Positions 42,353 through 54,300 of a DNA stretch of 64,000 nucleotides are shown in pieces; the first letter of the stretch is position 1, and each line of letters opens with the position of its first letter. A program made the translations under genes and the position numbers. The stretch spans positions 9,922,001 through 9,986,000 of the forward strand of contig NC_045698.1 in assembly GCF_009834535.1 (NCBI RefSeq). The letters are read 5' to 3'. The DNA is from Camelus ferus. Taxonomy: Eukaryota. The notes beneath the pieces were generated by a model that was given only the letters and a program-made list of their open reading frames with translations, made no database searches and was not told where the DNA came from.

Positions 42353-45300
42353 GCTCCAGGTTCCTTTCCCTCCAGGCTGCAGAGCAACACCACAAGCACT
42401 TCACACTCTTCTCTTTGCAGCCCAGCCCCTGACATGGCAGAGCAAATCCCTCCATCCCAGCCAACATTTCTACGGAGCCCCAAACTCATTCATCACTCCA
42501 AACTATAGGAATTTAAATCTAGTGAGCACCACATGTTGAGGGGCCAATAAAAACGCTCACAGATTTTTTCCAAGATTTGCAAGGCAGTGGAATCAAGACC
42601 ATCTGAGAGAAGCACGACCCACTTATATGTTGATCTGTTCACTGTCCAATAATTTTTGAAGCAACATCTTTATTCATACCTTCTCCTTCAAACTCTCCTG
42701 AGCACCCGACAGGACGTTCACAAAGCCTTCCAGAGAGCCCAGGAACTCCTGGCGAATACTGGCTGCTTCCGGAAGCCCCTCGAGCTCGCCCCAGCCGTGG
42801 CTCGTGGCTCTGAGAGCAGGAATGAAGATGTCGGACAGCAAACGTCTCACGCTGTTAAGCAGGCCCCCATCTGCGGTGTCTAACACATTGAAGCTCACCT
42901 CCTGGAAAACGATTGGGAGAACATTTACTATAAAAATGATCCTCAACTGCAGCGTAACTCCTGAGTCATTTCTGCATGACGTTCATTAACTATATGTCCT
43001 GTGGGCGTAAATGAAGACCAACCGCATGAGAAGCAAAGCAAAGGTTGTTTATTCAGAGCAAGACTCTATTCCTTGCAATAGCAAGGGAGTCGGCCACCAT
43101 CACCTGCATTTCGGCAGAGACTCAAAGGCAGCGAGAGGAGTGGGAAAGCTTCCTAGTGGAGAAAAGGGAGGCACCGAGGTGCCCTGATGGGAGGCTGTTG
43201 GCCTGGGGAAGCTGGAGGCAGGCTAACGAGAAGCAGGGCATCCTATGTGATGGGTTAATGGTGAAGATTTGGCTTTCTCTGGTTGGTCCCAATAAAGTTG
43301 TTGAAAGTATGGACAAAAATGAAGGAGGCTGGCAGTCATGAATCAAGTCCTGGGCATTCTGACCAACTGATACAGAGTTATTGTTTCATTTCCCAGCTGG
43401 CTTCCTACCTGGCTAACACAGCAGGCTGGCTACCTATGTTGTTTATTGCAGGTAAGGAGGTTGATTTCCTGGGCAGGTTGCTGAAGGTTGTGCATCAAAG
43501 TTCTATCTGTAGATGGTCTGACCCTTGTCTGTGTGTATATTCAGTCTTTCAATTCAGTAAATTATTTTGATATTTAGTTAAGACATAAGCTTTATACTAT
43601 TCTAAATTACAATCATCGAAATAAAAGCATGAAATAAACAGAACACAAGGACGTTTACCAGTTTATTTGCTCCAAGCAGGTAACACACCCATTGAGGGCA
43701 GAGAAGACTTGTCCACATGCACTTTATTTTGCAGAAAAAATAAAATTACAGAGTTGACCTTGAGCAACACAGGGGTTATGGCCTCCCACCCTCCGCCCAG
43801 TCAGAAAATCCGAGTGTAACTTAAAGTTGGCTATCCATATCTACAGTTCCTTACCTCTGGTCCCGCTTCCTCAGATTCAACCAACCACGAAGCATATAGT
43901 ACTGCAGTATTTATTATTAAAAAAAAAAAAAAACCCATGTATAAATGGACCCGTGCAGTTCAAACCTGTGTTGTTCAAGGCTATATCCACTTTAATAGAT
44001 CTTATTTTAAATGTATGAAATTTACCATTAAGTAAATTACATATGCGGGAATTCTTTTTAAAAGGAAAGACCTCACTGTTTTACAGACACACACAATGCT
44101 ATATAAAATTGTCAATAAATTGGATATTAAGTCCTTTTAACAGATTTCAAGGAAATGTCCTCTTAGCTGTTTAAGTGCTTGTAACACACTTCTTCGAAAG
44201 CAGTTTTAAATATTTAATGAAGAGAATGGTTGTCTCCATAGGGAGGGATTTTTTGGTAGACTGTGTGATTTGGGGTAATTCGGGATGAAGGACTGCTGCT
44301 GCCTCTTACCCTGGTGGATGTTCTCAGGGGTGATGGCTCTGGAAGGGTTGGTTCGGATGAAGAACACACAAACCCCAGTAAGAGCAACATCTTTTCCCTC
44401 GGTCACAAACACCTTAGGTTTTTTCACCTTTCCAGAAATAGGATTGGCTCCTCCTGGAGAGCCGAGTTGTCCTACAAATGCAAAAGAATTTGTTTTACAA
44501 ACTGTTTACAGTCCATGTGGTCACCTCTTCGAATTAAGTTTCCTTGTTAAACACTGTCATGTTGACTTTTCCATGTGCCCTAGAAACTCCACCACCTGGA
44601 CAACCTCTAACCTGAGCCCTGAAGGGATCTAAAAAGGTCTGCGTTTTCATGGTGATCATTTTGTGATGTAAAAAGTATCAACTCACCATGTTGTACACCT
44701 GAAACTAACATAATATTGCAAGTCAATTGTATGTCAATAAAAAATAAATAAAGAATAATAAATAAAAGGATCTGCTTGATTCCAGATCACAGGTTCATTT
44801 CAAAATTATTGTTCTAGGAAAAAACAGGAATGGAAGGAGCAGGAATAAGAGTTTGGTCCAGAGCAGATTCTTGCTAGAGCTACAAAGTCATCATTCATGG
44901 GGGCAGTGAGAAAGGGTGAGGGAGGAGACAGGATCTACCAGCATGTGTCGTGTGCCAGGCCCTGTGCTTGGTACCATGTCTGCATTACTCAAACTCCCTA
45001 CAACCCTGAAGGCAGCTGTGACCCGGCCCCAAGTCACAGCCAACAGAGCCGAGATCAAAAACCAGTTCTTCTTCTTTTTTTTTTTTTTTTTTTTTGTATT
45101 ATTATTTTTTTGGCAGGGGAAGGCAATTAGGTTTTTTATTTATTTTTAGAGGAGGTACTGGGGATTGAACCCAGGACCTCATGCATGCTAAGCATAAGCT
45201 CTACCGCTTGAGCTATACCCTCCCGCCAAAAAGACAGTTCTGACTACAGAACTCCAGCACCTCCACTCCTGCTGTTGTGGTCTTGCTGGTCCTAGAGGCA

Positions 45301-48300
45301 GGAGAGAATGGAGGCAGGACGGCAGTGATGAGTGATGTGGGCTCTACAGGCAGACACCCCGGACTTCCATCTCATGCTGCACTTCCTAGCCACGTGACCT
45401 GAGTGAGTTACTTAATCTTTCTGTGCCTCAGTCCTCTCATCTGAGCCAGGCCCAGAGAATCCAGGTCAGCCAGCTCATGGCAGGTGCCAGTCAAGGAAAA
45501 GCTCTGCTGCCATCTCTTACCCCTTGTCTCTGCCCTGCTTCAAGCCCGACACCGTCAGAAACTGGGGTTAACATGATGGGAGCAAGGGGCTGAAGGGTAA
45601 GTTGAGGGAGAAAAGGAGAACCATGGGCCCCTCTCCCACCGAAAATGTCGAATTTCCGAGGCCTCTGCTGCCAGCGAGTGGGGGATGCAAGGAAGAGGAA
45701 GGACCAAGATTGGAGAAGATTTAACTTTAGATCAACTAGTTTTGACAAATTGTGTATTTTTAGTTCTGAATTGGATGATGTTTGTAACTATAAGCAACCA
45801 TAGGAACTTTTCCTATCTAAGAGCGTCCAGAAAAGTCATGGGATTGTCGTAATTTCAATCCAAGGTTAGAAAAAAAGCTACTCCTACTGAGAAGGTTTAG
45901 AGAAAGAGAAGGAAACAAAAACAAGCTTGCGTGTGTGTTTACACCCCACAAACCCTTCTTATTCGATGTAAGATTTACACCTAAAGGCCAGCTTCCCCCG
46001 GTGCACAGTTCATGAGTGAAGGTAACATTCACCTGACCTTATGTTTTGCAATCTGGGATAGAACTGAAAATTTCTGTCTTGTTTTGATTTTTCACTCAAA
46101 ATGTAATGCCCTTTCTGACCACAAAATATCAAATGGATAATTTGGGGAAAATGCCAGTCACTTTGAGTAAGCATGCATGATTTCCTCCATTTTCAAACAA
46201 AAAAGCATGGTCATTCTCTACGCCAAGGGCAATAACTATTTTCCCTTTCTTCAGAAAGGGCATAAAAGGACTGCACATGATATTTTAATATAATCACAAC
46301 ATATCTGTTTATGTCCCTAGTTTGGCTTTAAAATTATATTAATTCACATAAAAGTAGAATGGTATATGCCAGTTGAATCCGCATAAAGATTTGCAAGTTT
46401 CCCTTAAATGAAAATGACTAAACTTGTCATTCAATATTATTCATTTGAATCACAGTCAGTAGAAAATAAACATGATGTGATATTTAACTGGAAAATTCCT
46501 GTTATGCTTACTGCCAACACTTTCTATGTTAAAAAGAAATAGAGAAGAAACAGCTGCCCAAAAGAAGTTCCAGAACATAACTGCATAGAATGAACGAACA
46601 CATAAGAAAAGGAAGGCTCAAAACGTACATTATTTTATTATCTCCAATTACAGCACAGCCTGAAAAGGAAAACAAAATAGCCCAAATAAAGTTAGACCAA
46701 TCAGGCTAAATACCCACCATTATCTGCCCTTTGCTTGAGATGAAAACAGAACCCGTTCCACTGGGCCTCACCCACCACACCTTACTACTCCCACCTGCCC
46801 CACCTCCCAGGTAGAAGCGGCCAGTTCTCACAGTGCCTTCTGCGTCACGTCATGCGTGGATAAATCCAAGAACACGTGTCTGGGTTACGTCACATTATGT
46901 TTGCATACCTGTTTCTGCCACCTCCACATCCTGATAGTAAAACATGAGGTGGCGGAGACCTCCAACAGCAAAAATCTGGTCAATTCTTTCAATCTGGGGG
47001 CACAAAAGGGCCAGGGTGAATTAGAAACCACATTTAAATCAGCACTGATTGTCTTCTTTCTTATTCAGATAGGACTGCCACTCACGCAAACCATGTAGAA
47101 GGGGTCATATTTTTTAACACGAAAATCATGAAAGAATAAACATCTTACTTAATTTTAGTAAAGATTCAATTCAAAGAAGTAATTTGATTAATCATAAAAA
47201 TATTTGCTACATACACACATTTGAAAAGAGATTGTCCCTCCATGTTTGCTAATTTCCTAAAGTGTTCAACTGCTAAAGACAGGTATAAATACAGACGAGT
47301 ATTTCATTTTCACCCAACTGCAGATCAGAAAGCGAGAACAAACCTTTCAAAATCCAGTCTAACACACTGCAGATAAGTAATATTAAACTGCCATGACGAG
47401 AGCATGTATGACTACAGAGAACTCCATCCTAAAGCAACTTGGTCCCACCCATGGGGTTCACTGTACGTGCAGAGGTAACACCTATGACTACGGAGCACTC
47501 CATCCTAAAGCAACTTGGTCCCACCCATGGGGTTCACGGTACGTGCAGAGGTCTGCCATCCGGCCTGCTACCAATAGAAGCGATTCTTTAAAACAGTCAA
47601 TAGCAAAATTCTGAACTCAAATGGGAAGAAAAAATGATAAAACCTACATAGCCGTTGGGATGGCTACTGTCAATAAACCAAAAGACAATAAATGTTGGGA
47701 AACTGGAACTCCTGTGCACTGTCAGTGGGAATGTGAAACAGTGCGGCTGCTGGGGGAAACAGTGTGGCAGTTCCTCAAAAAATTAAAAGTAGAATTATTA
47801 TATGATCCAGCCATTCTGCATCTAGGTATATACCCAAAAAAACTGAAAGCAGGATGGTGAAGAGGTATTTGGGCATCCATGTTCAAAGCAGCACCATTTA
47901 GAGTAGCCAAAAGGTGGAAGCAGCCCAGCTATTCACTGATTGATGGATAAATAAATAAAATGTAGGATATACATATGATGAAATATTATTCAGCCTCAAA
48001 ACATTTTTGACACACTGACACATGTTATAACATTGATGAACATTGAAGACATCTTGAGAAGTGAAATAAGCCAGCCACAAAAAAGCAAATACTGCATAAT
48101 TACATGTTTATGATGTATCTAAAGTAGCCAAATTGATAGAGACAGAAAGTAGAATGGTGACTGACAGAGGCTGGAGAAAGCGGAGAATGGGGAGTTGTGG
48201 TTTAAAGGATACAGTTTCAGTTTTGCAAGATCAAAAGAGTGTTGTAGATTGGTTGCACAATAATGTGAATGTACTTAACATTACTGAACGGTACAATTAA

Positions 48301-51300
48301 GAAATGACTAAGGTGATAAATTTTACGTGCATTTTATGGCAATTTAAAACAAAAAAATTTTAAAGGATAAAATTTAGCCTGAAAATTTAAGTGTAAAACA
48401 TAAGATCACCTTCAATTTCTATCATGTTATAGATAAAACCATCATTCATAAATAAAAGCAAGTCACCCTGTTTTCTTTGGTACATTTCCTTGATTATGGA
48501 TGCCACACAGATGAGTAGAATGTACTCATTAACTTTCAAGCTAAGAATGTGATGAGGGAGGTGCTTCCATCACGGGCGGTATGAAAGCTCCTGCCCCTCT
48601 AGGCCCTCAGGCTCAGTGAGCCTGAGCCAGGAAGATGTTTTTAAGCCTCCAAGTTCCAACAGTCCCGGTCCTGAATAGGGCACAGAGTTGGACTTGGGAT
48701 TCCTATAGTGCAGAACCTTTATTCAGTTATTCCACCTGCGTTATCTCAAACCCAGATGTCTAAACTGGGACGTAGGGTAGAGTTAAGCATTTCACCTCTG
48801 GAATGATCTCCCCAAGACTGTACCAGCTATGTGAACTTGTCTCTTTCCATGCCTCCAATTTGGAGGGATAATATTATCTACTTCCTGGTGTTACGAAAAT
48901 TAAATGGGATAATAGATGAAAATCAGAACAAGACTGACACATGGTAAATATCTAGTAAATGTTAGCTACAAGGAGGAGGAGAAAGAAGAAAAGGACATTT
49001 CCTCAACTCCTAATTGACTCACTCTATAGTTCAACTATTTTAGTGTTATCCACCCTTGATTCTTCTACTGACTCCAATTAACTCTCCCCAAGTGACACAG
49101 CAGGAAGGGACAAGGCCAGCAGAGGCCTGGAGTTGGCTCGGGCAGGCTCAGCCAGCCTCAGCCAGCCTCAGCCAGCCAATTGACACAACTCTTCCCAACT
49201 CAGTGCTTAGTGACATCATGTTGGTAGTTTGGAATCAGCCATGTTGGGAATATTACACCACAGACTCAGCAAATGCTCAAACGAGTGCCTCCCTCCACCC
49301 TCTTGCCCAAAGCCGATTGTTAAACGTTTACAAGCCTATCACTGAAAAGCACTGTCAACAACGTGGCATCCCTGCCAACAAAAACGGCTTCTTCCTTGCT
49401 TCCCTTTCTTTCTTTCTTTTTTAATGCCTAATAAGTTAAAAAAAAAATTTCAGAAAACATTAGAGACCCCCTGGAATGACTTTCTCAGTGCCCAAGAAAC
49501 TGTATCTTCCCCTGTTTGGTCTTCCCCATCCAAGGTCAAATCACCACCCAAATCACATCCCAGGCTTTTGTTGGGAAATCGTGGCAGAAAATGGAAGTCA
49601 CGTTCAGGAACAGAAGAAACCAGATTCAGCTGCCAAGTCAAAGTCAAAGCCAGAAAACTACAGCACAATTCAATCTCCTGGGTTAGAACAGGATAAACTG
49701 AAAAAAAGATAAATAAGCAGCAAAGAAGAGATTCGGTTCTCAAACCTCAGGTTCCAAAATGGCGCCTGAGCCCAGCTCCACTGGGTGTAGAGAGATGCAG
49801 ACATCGCCATCAGAAAAAGGGAACTCAAATAACAATTTTACGTCCCTCATTCAACATGGAGAGTTGGAGATCCCTCAACTCACTCTGCCACCACCTGTAC
49901 TAAGTCAGGATGGAGTCCTGTCCATGCCGAAACAGACACCCTCCTCTAAGACCCAGCACAGATCCTGCCACAGGACAGTGTCGTAGACCCTGTGTGCCCT
50001 CTACCACCAAGTGAGTGAGAACTCAAATGGACCGCACCTGAGTCCCCTCAAGAAGGGCAGTCCTCCACTTCAGCTTTGTTCAGGTCCACGCAGGAAGCTA
50101 CAATCCCAAATACGTAGTCATGTCGACCATCCAAACGAGCCCGCTTGGCTTCCTTCTCCTCCTTCAGTCTTTGCTACGAGAAAGGAATAAACATGCTGTT
50201 CTCAAATGGATTCATTTTGTAATCATTTCATACTATTGTTGCTTTTTCAAGTCTTGGGTAGTCAGAAAATAGCTTAATGGTACCAGTTTTTATGTACTAT
50301 CCTCTATTTTAAGAAATAATGTTATTTCTATTATGAAAGTAAGATGTGCTCAATTGTTTTGAAATTATATAACACAGGGAAGCCAAAAGAAAAATAAAAA
50401 TCATCTACCAGCCAGACAGTATTACTATTAACATTTTGTTCTAAATCTTTACAGACTTGTTTTTATGCATACAAAAGTATTCAACAAACACCAAAAAAAT
50501 TTCCATTTTTGTAAACATTCGCTAGACCACCAAAGTAATACATATTCTTCTACATTCTCTCCTATGTTTATTGTTTTGTCTACAGGTTCATATCTGGTCT
50601 TGAAATTGATTTCTGAATCCCATTGCTTACTTTTAACCTGTTGACTACTAATTACAATAATAAAGCAATTCAATGTAACCAAGGTTGGCAGTTTGAAGCA
50701 AATCAGTCCGTATGCACTCTGCTCACACAATCAACTGCAAACGTATATATACATTTCTATTTATATTTTGCTATAAAATGTTTTCATGCATTTTCCCCTT
50801 GGACCCCAGGTCCACATTCCCAGGCCCTGGGAATGCCACCACAGTCCACCTGCCTCCAGGCTGGCATCACGCCAAACCCCCTTCTACACTGTTGGCAGAA
50901 TGACTGATTTTTTTGATGCACCACAGACAACATCTCTCCTGATTTGAAACTCTTCAGTGACTCTCCATGGACTTTAGATAATGTTTGTACTTTCTAACGA
51001 GGCCCGTAAGATATTTTATGATCTGACTTCTTTCTCATTTCCTATTATGCCTTTCTAGTTCTTTTTAGTTCAGCCATCCTGGCTGCCTTGTGGTTACTAG
51101 AACTGCCATGCTTTCTTATGTCTCTTGGCCTTTGCATGTGCAGAAATGCCGCTACCCCAGGGAGTGTGGCCAGTTCTCCCTCAGCTCTAGGCTCAAGCCA
51201 CCTCTTCCTGAAAGTTTTCCTGGATGTATACCCCTCCTCAGCCCTGTGCTAAAGGGGAATCCTCCCTTTTGCTTCTTCTCTGAAGCCACATTAATGCCCC

Positions 51301-54300
51301 TGCATAAATCTGATGCCCCTGTAGCAACCATAATGCCATCCTGTCATAGTCCCATTTTCTGTTCACATTCTGCCAACTCGGCTGTGAGTTTTTTTGAGGT
51401 CACTTGGTAGTGTTTACCTCTATAGTGCTCTACATACTTGGGGTTTAATAGCTGTTTGTTAAGTACAAGATGGGATCCAGAGGGACTACCTTTCCTCTTC
51501 CCAGCAGGAGCTACTGGTTAGCATTAAAGATAATGCATTTAATTCAAAAAATGAATTGGAAGTTGAACATCCACCAAGGGTAATATGGTTGAATAATTAA
51601 GGCACATCCATATTGTTGAATATTCTGCAGCTGTTACACAAGTTGCAACAGTCTGTATTAAACTAAAAAGAAGTCTGTGATGTACTATAAAGGGAAAAAT
51701 ACCAAAAAAAATAGATATTACGGGCTAGATCTTACTTGTAATTGCGTTTACAAGATGGCAGGAGCACACCTCAGCTCTTCTACAATGTGACTGTGCCACC
51801 AACCTACCAAGAGATAGACTATTTTCCCTCCTCTTGAATTTAACTGGGACTGGGACCAGTTTTTACCCAAAGAATGTGGGAAGAAGTGAGACTGTAAAAC
51901 TTCCTAGGCTAGTCCTTAAGAGACCTCCAGCTTCTGCCTTTGCAGTTGGGAATTCTCCCTAAGGAACCCAGCCACCATGCTATGGGAATTCCAAACCACA
52001 GGGGGAGACCACATGGGGAAAAAAATCAAGGCATCCTGGCCACCAGCCCCAACTGATCTCCTAGCTGACACCCCAGCACCAACTTGCAAACCATCTTGGA
52101 CATTCCAACCTAACAAGCCTACAGATGACTGCAACCCAGCCAATGCCACGTGAAACAGAAGAAACACCCAGCTGAGCCCAGCCACTCACAGACTCAAGAG
52201 AGATAATAGATAACTGTTAATAGATAACTGAAAGCTAAACAAATAGATAATAGATATTAGAAAGCTGGTAATAGATAATTAAGCTGCTAAGTTCTGGTAC
52301 AGTTTGTTACGGAGCAGTAGATAACAGAGTGATACTTGTTAGAATAATTTCATTGGTTGGACAGAAAGCAAATGGATATAGACTTGAGAAAAGAATGATT
52401 GGGAAAAAAGAAACATAAAGACAACTGAATATAAACTATTCTTTCCAGAAACTTGACTCTAAAGGACAGAGATGTAGTACTAGTAGACAGAGGGGAATTT
52501 AGAGTCAACGGAGAATTTTTTCAAGATACAAAAGATTTAAGAAAGAGTAAAGAGGAAGAAGTTTTCAGAGTGACTGAAAGGCCATTGCTAGACCTATGCT
52601 ATTTGTATTTGTTTTTCCAAGCCTGAAGGGACTTCTTGAGAGAAGAATTTAAAGGGGAGGTGCAGGGAGACGTTAAGATTTTTTAAAAAATAAACAATCT
52701 ACCTATCTTCTTGCCATCTCCTTAAAAAGGAACTAACACAGGTCCTAATACAAAGTATATGTCCCATAAACATCAAATAAAAGTAAATTTAAACCTCTTT
52801 TCAAATGTACTAAAACCAGGGAAATGTCCTATTCTTTGACTATTGTCCACGTTGTTGGCAGGGAGGAATAAGATGCTTTTCTCAAAATGATCTTTCTGAG
52901 TTTGTACTAAATGTCTTCAGCAGCTTGAAGACACAGCAGGTTACCAGGGGAGTCAAGAATCCAGCAACACATCAGCAAGATGGCAAACGCTGGGTAGCCA
53001 AAAAGAAATTCAAAAACCAGAGTACCAGAAAGTCAGGATGTAAACCAACTAAGGCTTCCAAAGGATATAGAAACTTCTCTAAAATTCTGCCATGGCAACA
53101 CATTGATCTATGTCCTGACTTTATAAGATTCCAAAGGAAAAAACTATATATTCATAGTGAAGGAGAGGAGAGATTGGCCTTTAAAATAGAAAACTAATCA
53201 TTTTATTTTTACTTACATATAACAGGGGGGAAAAAAAAGTCCAAAGCAATTTTATATATACAAAGCAAATTATCAAGGTGTCTTTAAAGTAACTATTTTC
53301 AGAGCTCTATTTAAAAGCATGTTAATCATCAAATACATTCTTACAGAAACTGATTATTCCATCTCCTAATGATATGTAACATGAAGGAAAGCCCATTCCG
53401 TGTGGAAGACCACAGTGTTTATAATCTCAACTTTCACTGCCCGATACTAAGGTATCCTGGAACAATGAGGGACTTTTTTTTTATTACCACAAAAAGTCAA
53501 TAACGTCAAACAAATGTTTAGTGATCAGATCAGTACACTGTCAGTCTCTAAACTTAAACCTGCAGCTTTCTGGCTGCCAGGGAACTACAGCAACAAACGG
53601 TCAGATGACCAGTTGGCGGTGGCGTGTCCTCTTGGCCTGTGAAACATCTAAGACACTTGGAGAGCAGTGTGGAATGACGAAGGCAAGAGGCCAATTATGG
53701 GATTTTTTTTTTTTTAAGAATCACATTAAAATTATTTTGTGTTGCATGAACAAGCACCAACCGGGGGGGGGGGGGGGGAATGGCCAAAATTCTATTCAAC
53801 GTCCAAGGAAATCTCGAACAACATTTAAAACATTTCTGCACTTTGGTGACAAGGGATATGACTGCTACCTTGGAATGAAAGACGGACTAATGTGCTACCT
53901 CACAAGACACAAGTGCTCCTTTCAAGGCGAAGCAATGTCACGTACACAGACGAGCCCTGGTGTAAGAGTGGGGTCCAGTCCCAGCACTGCCACTGATTGC
54001 AAGACCTTGCAGCTGTCATTGAACCTCTCCAGGCTCCGGTTGCTGCAACCTCAAAATCAAAGTGTTGGACTAGGTGACAGCTAGGCTCTGTCTCTTCTCT
54101 AGCATTTGGTCTCCTTCTCGTTGGTTCAAAAGTTAATACGAAAAAAAAAAAGAAATCAGAAAGAATTGATACAGATAATACAATAGAAAACACTGAAACA
54201 AGTCAACAATACACTAAATTAAATCAATGAAACTGATATCTGATTGTGGAAAGAACAAGGGAAAAAAACTTTGACAAATGTAATTATGAAAAAAAGAGCA

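Noticed and set aside
41082..47552. CRISPR-like repeat-spacer array (26-bp and 70-bp repeats)
   Set aside because: The copies are head-to-tail without unique spacers, the context is eukaryotic, and there are no cas genes.
53521..54084. Longest ORF in the track (187 aa, plus strand)
   Set aside because: It has a non-ATG start, runs through poly-T and poly-G tracts, and resembles no protein I recognise. Likely a chance ORF.
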